Shown here one piece after another: positions 56,270-64,000 of a stretch of DNA of 64,000 bases. Position 1 is the stretch's first letter. Every line of letters begins with the position of its first letter. This DNA comes from Chrysomallon squamiferum (Eukaryota > Animalia > Mollusca). Below the pieces are notes generated by a model. The model was given only the letters and a program-made list of their open reading frames with translations. It was not told where the DNA came from and made no database searches. The stretch is taken from assembly GCA_012295275.1 (NCBI GenBank), contig CM022665.1:41664001-41728000 (forward strand), given 5' to 3'. The position numbers were made by a program, and so were the translations under genes.

Positions 56270-56429
56270 CTGCAAGTAATAAGTCAAGATAATAAATATA
56301 CTATTTCGGTCTCAATATAATGAACTTATCCAGAAATGCACTGGTACTGTCTCTGTTATGAAAGTACAAACTTAAACTAATGATTGAATCTATCAATTAT
56401 GTTAGTAATTGCTTTAAACTGGATGTGTT

Positions 56430-56730
56430 AAAACATGTTTCGAAATTCCCGGCGAAGGAAAACTTAGCGGCTGATCTGATGAAAACGACTTTAACATCAT
56501 GCAAATAATTGATTTTATCATAATCAGGCAAACTGTAAAAAATATAAGAAAATGTAGTTTAAGAAAATATACTGAAATTCGAATTCGACTAAACTAACGT
56601 TTCGAAAATAAGGAAATACCGTTTCGCTTTTCGAACAGCGCATTCTCAATAATCAAGGGAGAAAACCCAACAAAATTCATTTGATGGTAAATTCCTCCCC
56701 AAGTTCGGGCTCCAACTTATAAACCCGTGA
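56430..56730 (-). promoter_or_regulatory. probable CCSAP promoter/first-exon region
   Basis: CpG dinucleotides reappear abruptly here after about 12 kb of depletion; possible donor ACG|gtattt near 56619. Confidence 0.35.
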
Positions 56731-57439
56731 AATATTATATTTGTGAATATATAATACAACATTAAAGTATTTAATCTGCAAATTATTTGAATATAAATAT
56801 CTAAAAGGTAGAATGGAAGTATTATATAAAGCTGTACACTGAGTCACAGAATTAATGCGGATAAATCAAAGTAAAAGGTAGGACATTTTTGAAAGTTCAT
56901 TGAAATGTGTGATTATATATTGAAAAAGTAATTAAGGTGTATAATGCATAATTTATGTGCACTCCATTCATTTTTTTTTTCAATAACATTACTGAATCGT
57001 GTAAACATAACCGTAAAACATATATATACATGTATTATTTTCATACTTTTCATTCCTTCATATTTTCTCAATCTCTCTATCTCATATTTATTGACTATTT
57101 AAAAATGTGTTGATGGACCTAATGCTTTACCAGCCATAGAGATTATAAATATACCTATAACTTTGCTTTATCTATTACTTATCATTTACATTTGTGGAGT
57201 CAGTCTACAGTATCAGCGGAATAAGCAGGAATTAAATTTTCGCTGGTTTAAAGTAAGTCAAAGACATGAGATGAGCATATATAGTTTGGATTTAGTCTTG
57301 ATTATACGGTAGTATAATGTAAACACAATAATCGTATTATATTTAGTTTGTGGAATATATATAATGACTGTATAAATATTAGTAAATTACATATTACTTT
57401 GATATTAAGCTTAAATATTTTACTGCTGTGCTGATTCAT

Positions 57440-57600
57440 CTCATGGGTTGTTTGCTAAACGCTATAGGACCAATTCTCCTCAGCGGCCATTACTGGGTTA
57501 TTTCCCATTCCAATCAGGGCCCGTCGTCTAGTTTATTAAATACGATATTACTGTCTTTCCTTTCTGCTGCATATGGATATGAAAGATCCGGAATAATATT
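57440..57600 (+). mobile_element. degraded SINE-like repeat, family A copy 3
   Basis: TAGGACCAATTCTCC..GGGTTATTTCCCATTCCAATCAG..TATGAAAGATCC, collinear with copies 1 and 2. Confidence 0.45.
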
Positions 57601-57633
57601 ACTGTGTCATTAAATGTATGTGCAAATAACCTT

Positions 57634-57666
57634 TTTCTCTCTGTCTCTTACATATATACAAATATT

Positions 57667-57759
<93 letters not shown>

Positions 57760-57779
57760 CTTACATATATACAAATATT

Positions 57780-57863
<84 letters not shown>
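57634..57863. repeat. tandem duplication of a unique-flank+(CT)n unit
   Basis: TCTCTGTCTCTTACATATATACAAATATTGTCC precedes each of two (CT)n runs. Confidence 0.9.
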
Positions 57864-57866
<3 letters not shown>

Positions 57867-58309
57867 GCATTCAGAAAAATTACAGTCTTTAGATAAAAAA
57901 CAAAAATAAAAAATAAAAAACAACAAAAATTAAAATTAAAAAACAACAAAAAAGTACAACAACAAAAAAATATTTTCGTCTCGAGTGTCATGTGTTTGAG
58001 TGGGTGGACAGATGTGTTCATGCGTGCAAACATCTTTTTATCTGCGTTCGTATATCTTATGTTTTAATAACGTAATGAATAATTCTATCTTCATTTTTTT
58101 GGCCCCCACCTAAACAGACCAAATATTTTTTTAAATTTTAGATGAAAATATTCTTGTAACTTTTATTTATGTGCGTATATTTCAAATAAATCGAAGTAAC
58201 TTTCATTATCTTTTTTTCCAAACAGTCAATGCTCGTTGCTCCGGAATTGTATTTTTCGTTGACAATCGATTGTCGGCAACAGCCAAAGGTCTCGGTTTTA
58301 GTGAAGAAG

Positions 58310-58348
<39 letters not shown>

Positions 58349-58865
58349 AAGAAAGAAAGAAAAGACGCTACTTATCGTCAATCATTCATTGAAAGACGGC
58401 AACGAGCCGAGATGTATTTCATTTCAAAACAAACACGAACAATCCATTAAATACAGTCAGATAAACCTCCGACATTCCACGTTAATGTTTTTCCTGAGCC
58501 ATTATCATGCGTCGTCTGCTCCGAGTTAAAAGAGCGGGAAATCTTACGCGGATCATGCTGCCGTTATATTATATTTATCCACTGGAACTGAAACAATATC
58601 ATGGCTTATAAGATATAGGGCATTGATTTTAAAGACGTTTTTGAATGCTTCATTTATTCAATAATGCATTCACTTTTCCCCCGCTTTTATTCTATTTATT
58701 CGTTCGTTATTATTTTTTTTTTTTTTCTTATTCGTTTGTTTGTTCTTTTGCTCCATGAAGTATTACATTCATTCAGTTGTTCGTTTATCAGTTTCTTCTT
58801 TCATTCTTTTCTCATAAACATTCATTTTGTTATCCGTAATTCATTCGTTTATTTATTTATTTATT

Positions 58866-58922
<57 letters not shown>

Positions 58923-59344
58923 ATTATTATTATTGTTATTACTATTATTTGTTCATTCGTTTTTAATTTTTCTTTCAGTCATCGATCTTTCATTCACTGT
59001 TTCATTCATTTTTCTCTTTCTTTCATTATTTTTTTTTCTTATCTATTTTTTCATCACGTGCACTTTGACAAATAATAATGGCTTACCTGCTTATGAGATT
59101 ATATCAAGACAATTTCTAAACATCTTTTTTTCCCCTCTGTTTCGTAGTGCGTTCATATTACAGTCGTAATTGACGTCATCGATTTCTTTTATTATTTCAT
59201 CTGCTTTAGTCAAGAAAGTATCGATAACGTGATACTGGTATTGTGACTGCGCAACAATTTGAGGACATCACGAAGCTTTTCGCATTACAGATATCAGAAT
59301 TAGATTTAACAGAAATGGCTTTTGCAAGATTAACTATATCGTGT

Positions 59345-59384
<40 letters not shown>

Positions 59385-59466
59385 TTAGCATTTGTGTTAA
59401 AGACGAAATGATTGATTCTGTTTTGTCTTCATTTTATTTATTTCTTCAGAGTTAAGTGAAAATTGA

Positions 59467-59499
<33 letters not shown>

Positions 59500-59798
59500 A
59501 TTATTATTCTTTCTTTTTTTATTTATATTTCGAAGATAGAAGAAAAACAGAATTAAGTTTCTGTTTCGTTTTTGACGATTTTTTTTTTTTTTTTTTTTTT
59601 TTTCTACATTTCGCAGTTTTTCACTAACTTTTCAGAATTATATGTTTGATAATAAACAGGATTTTAAATTTTTTTTTTTTTAATCCCCTTATTGTTAGAT
59701 TGTCGAACTGACGTTTTTGTTGTTGTTTTTTTTTTTTTTTTTTATATATATATATTGTTAACAGTTTTATTATTATTATTATTATTTTATTATTATTA

Positions 59799-59850
<52 letters not shown>

Positions 59851-60267
59851 TTACCTGCTTTTTCTCAGTTTAATTTCCTTCCTTCTTTGTTTCTTTTGTT
59901 TCATGTTAATTTTTTAATATTTAGTTTTTGTTGTTTTCCTTCTCATTTTTCTTTTTTTGTTACTTTATTTCTTTCATTTAATTATTCCGTAGTTTTTTCT
60001 TTATTCTTCATTCCCTCCTTTCCTTTCTCACTTTCTTTCGCTCAGCTGTTCATTTGTTGTTGTTGTTTTTTTAATTCTTTTTTTCCTCCTTTCCATTCTT
60101 TTTCTTTTTTGTTTTGTCCTTTCTTTTATTTATTCTTTCTTTTCTTTGCACGTTTTCTTTTTCTTTCAATCCCTCACTTTTCTATTCAACCTCTAACCTC
60201 TATTACTGTAACGTTCTCCTTTAGAGATTTCGTTAATCTACTTCCTTGAGTACGGACGGTATAGCAA

Positions 60268-60269
<2 letters not shown>

Positions 60270-60344
<75 letters not shown>

Positions 60345-60395
60345 AGAGACAACCCCTCAGAGCAAACAACAACAACAAAATAAACCAGACAACGG

Positions 60396-60435
<40 letters not shown>

Positions 60436-60438
60436 CAG

Positions 60439-60534
<96 letters not shown>

Positions 60535-60570
60535 AAGAAAAAAAAAAAAAAAGAAAAGAAAAGAAGAAAA
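60270..60570. repeat. (CA)n followed by very long poly(A) runs
   Basis: Directly visible; homopolymer lengths may be assembly-dependent. Confidence 0.9.
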
Positions 60571-60758
60571 CACCTCAACGAACAAACTTGACAAACTCAC
60601 ACTGTGCTTAACTTTCTTATACCTTGACAGCTGTAATGATATCCCGAGAAACCTATTAAACTCATTAAGTAAGTTAACACACCCAGAAACCCACACGAAC
60701 ACACAGGATTCATAAACAGTTATAGATATTACTATAACGTTAACAATATATATTTAGC

Positions 60759-60797
<39 letters not shown>

Positions 60798-61127
60798 AAT
60801 GTATGTGTTTGTGAGTGCATGTATATCATTGTTCATTCGACTTCGACAAGAATGAGGATGTCTCGAAAGCATGCCTGTCGACAGAAAAACGTTTTTTAAG
60901 TAAGTAGGTAAGTAAATAAGTAAACAGAGATACAGGTTTTTTTCATTATGTTTGTAAACTGATTGAACAGTACGCCACTCGTGAAATACATTATAGGGAA
61001 TAAGGCAGATGTATGCGATATACAAACATACATACGTACATATATACGTACATACATACATACTCAAAAATAACAAGAACATACAGATACACGTATATAC
61101 ATACATAATTACGAATGGATACGGTTA

Positions 61128-61196
<69 letters not shown>

Positions 61197-61278
61197 CAGT
61201 ATGAAATACAGTTTAAAAATAAAATACATAAATAAATAATGAATAAACGTATACATAAAAAGAATGATGATGATGATG

Positions 61279-61339
<61 letters not shown>

Positions 61340-61689
61340 CAATGATGGTGATAATTAACCCAGTATCAACTGTTATAATAATCACTGGCTGGTAAATCGC
61401 TAACAATTGTTTCTATCATACAACGTATAACAAATGACGTTATTTATTTCACGTTGTATTTTTTTCACTATCTCCGAAGTATTTCGAAAACTTATCGTTA
61501 AGACGTTGTCCACTTAATTCTCGGGTTTTGTGACATAGAAACGTACTTAATTATGAATGAGAGTACACTGGAAATTTCAGTTTCCAAGCAGGGCACCGAT
61601 CAGTTCTACATTATCTGTTTAAGTAGCCACAAATCTGTTTGAGAGGTTTAATAATGAGAGGATCTATCTGTATGTTTGTGTGCGCTTGT

Positions 61690-61805
<116 letters not shown>

Positions 61806-62189
61806 CGTGTGTTGCCAAAAAAGATTTTCAAATCTTTTAGAGACAGCATCACACACAAAACCTGACATGTTAGATATAAAACAGAAAATTATATATAGAT
61901 ATATATATAGATATTATTATTTTTTTTATTACATATTAGTTGAAAGAAGAAACTGGCCTACTAAAGTCTAAAGAACACTACAGGCATCAAGCAGCTATCA
62001 AAGAGGTATGTTGTTTTAAAGCTTTCGTACAATCACGTTGTTACTGATTCGTGTAAAACATTAAAAAAATATTATCATTTAAAAAACTAAAAAAAATGAA
62101 AGAATACAAAAACGGGATAGAAATCTATACTCTTGTCAAAGTCTACATATATATGTGTGTGTGTGTGCGTGCGTGTGAGAAGGATAATG

Positions 62190-62440
62190 ACAATAAATAA
62201 ATAAATAAATAAAAAGAATAAAAAGGACATAAATATAAATAAATATGTAAATAAATGAAATTAAATAAATAAATAAATAAATAAATAAAATAAATAAAAA
62301 AGGACATAAATATAAATAAATATGTAAATAAATGAAATTAAATAAATAAATAAATAAAAAGAATAAAAAAGGACATAAATATACAAAAAATAAAAATAAA
62401 CAGACATAAATAAATAAATAAATAAATAAAAAAAAAAAAA
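62190..62440. repeat. AT-rich tandem duplication (AAAAGGACATAAATATAAATAAATATGTAAATAAATGAAATT unit, 2-3 copies)
   Basis: GGACATAAATAT at ~62225, ~62302 and ~62371. Confidence 0.8.
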
Positions 62441-62861
62441 TAATGGGAGAAAACCAGATTGCATAATGTTGAAGTCACCCACAACAAAGTCAAAAAGAAT
62501 GGATAGAGGAAGAAGAAAAAAAGAATAGACATGGATGACATATGAAAAAACAAACAAATAAGATAGAACCAGACAGATAGAAAGATACATTAAAGATGGA
62601 TAGATGGGAACAAATAAACAGTCAGACAGATAAACAGATAAATAAATAAACAAACAGAAAGAAAATAAATAAATAAATGAATGAACAAAGAAACAAATAA
62701 ACAAACAAAATAAATAAATAAATAAATAAAATAAAATAAAATAAAATAAATAAAATAAACTTCTCATAAAAATAATATATACGATGCGGAATGAAAAAAA
62801 ATCTATCCGAATATTGTCAGCTTTGATAAACACTGTATTCAACTTAACATCAAATTCTCGG

Positions 62862-62906
<45 letters not shown>

Positions 62907-63607
62907 ATAAGGAACAGAAAGAGAAAAATGAAATCACACATATATATATAAAAAAAACCCATATTATCCTGTACAAGTTATTTCTTGCATAGATTACGGA
63001 TCTAAACGCGATTAAGTCGGCGAAATCCCGAAAGAACCCGAGTAAAAATCTATAAGTGTGTGTCTTCGCTGACTCTTGTTTAAAATAAATATTCCGTCAT
63101 TGCGGGAAGCTATCGGTTTACTTTTTCTCTTGTCGGAAGACAGGTGTAAAGATATATCAAATTACAGGTGAGTACTTGGCAGTTTGCATTCCTTGGCAAA
63201 TTACCTGTTGGCAGAAAACATACAGGTAAGTTGTTGTATGTCAATAGGCAGGTGAAAATCTGAAAGAAAGAAAGAAAGAAAAGAAAGAAAAAATAATTTT
63301 GCACATATTATTCATGCAATGATATTTCAGTGATAAATGTGTTGGAGGGTTTATAAATGATTGAGATTAATAATGTATGTGTGATGATGATGATGATGAT
63401 GATGATGATGACCTAATGATGAAGAAGAAGATGATGATGATAATGATGATGATGATAATAATAATAATGATGATGATGATGATGATGATGGTGATGGTAA
63501 TAATGATTCTACAACTATACTTCTAACAATGTTAATAAACAATTAAAAAGAAAAAATAATACAGACATTATTTAAAAAGTATAGGATCAACTTACGATAG
63601 AGACTAT

Positions 63608-63621
63608 TTGCGCATGCGCAA
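63608..63621. promoter_or_regulatory. NRF1-type palindrome
   Basis: Perfect 14-bp palindrome TTGCGCATGCGCAA containing the NRF1 consensus TGCGCATGCGCA. Confidence 0.45.
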
Positions 63622-63809
63622 TGGCGTACGCATGCTCACTGTGATAAACTAGTAACTAAATAATATTAACTAAATATAAAACTTTTTAATTTTTAAAATG
63701 TGTGAATTTCAAAGAACACGGTGTATGTTAAAAAAAATCAGTAATTAAAATCAATACCGCTAAAACAGGGCGACATTTTTGAAGATCTGGGATGTAATTA
63801 ATTTTCGAA

Positions 63810-64000
63810 CAAATGCGAGTCGTGACGTCCAAAAAAATGCGAACCGTGACGTCCAATAAAATGCGAACTGTGATGTCTGATAAAATGCGAACTGTGACGT
63901 CTAATAAAATGCGAACTGTGATGTCTGATAAAATGCGGACTGTGACGTCTAATAAAATGTTAACTGTGACGTCCAATAAAATGCGAACTTTGATGTCCAG
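63810..64000. repeat. 24-bp minisatellite, 8 copies, runs off the window end
   Basis: Unit AAAATGCGAACTGTGA(C/T)GTC(T/C)(A/G)AT. Confidence 0.9.

Noticed and set aside
63728-63976. LDVTVRIL repeat protein
   Set aside because: Reading of the 24-bp minisatellite; no evidence of coding context.

Overview
Very AT-rich, microsatellite-saturated animal genomic DNA. It is probably a mollusc; the degraded SINE/MITE-like repeats recall gastropod genomes, which is an unverified inference. Two spliced protein-coding genes can be read by eye. Rab4 lies on + (7 coding exons, 41090-45038, 211 aa, ending in a CXC prenylation motif). A CCSAP homologue lies on - (3 coding exons, 55647-53107, one donor site uncertain). 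The two genes are tail-to-tail, the same pairing and orientation as human RAB4A-CCSAP, suggesting ancient microsynteny. The gene bodies and the interval between them are visibly CpG-poor. The ~40 kb upstream has no recognisable CDS: CpG-retaining islands with TF-motif clusters (ETS, CRE, E-box/CLEAR, nuclear-receptor half sites, one CTCF-like site) alternate with simple repeats, degraded SINEs/MITEs and minisatellites. Some weak minus-strand exon candidates hint at a divergent gene. Almost all supplied ORFs are microsatellite artefacts. No prokaryote-type system (CRISPR etc.) is present, and I cannot claim a new biological system with confidence.
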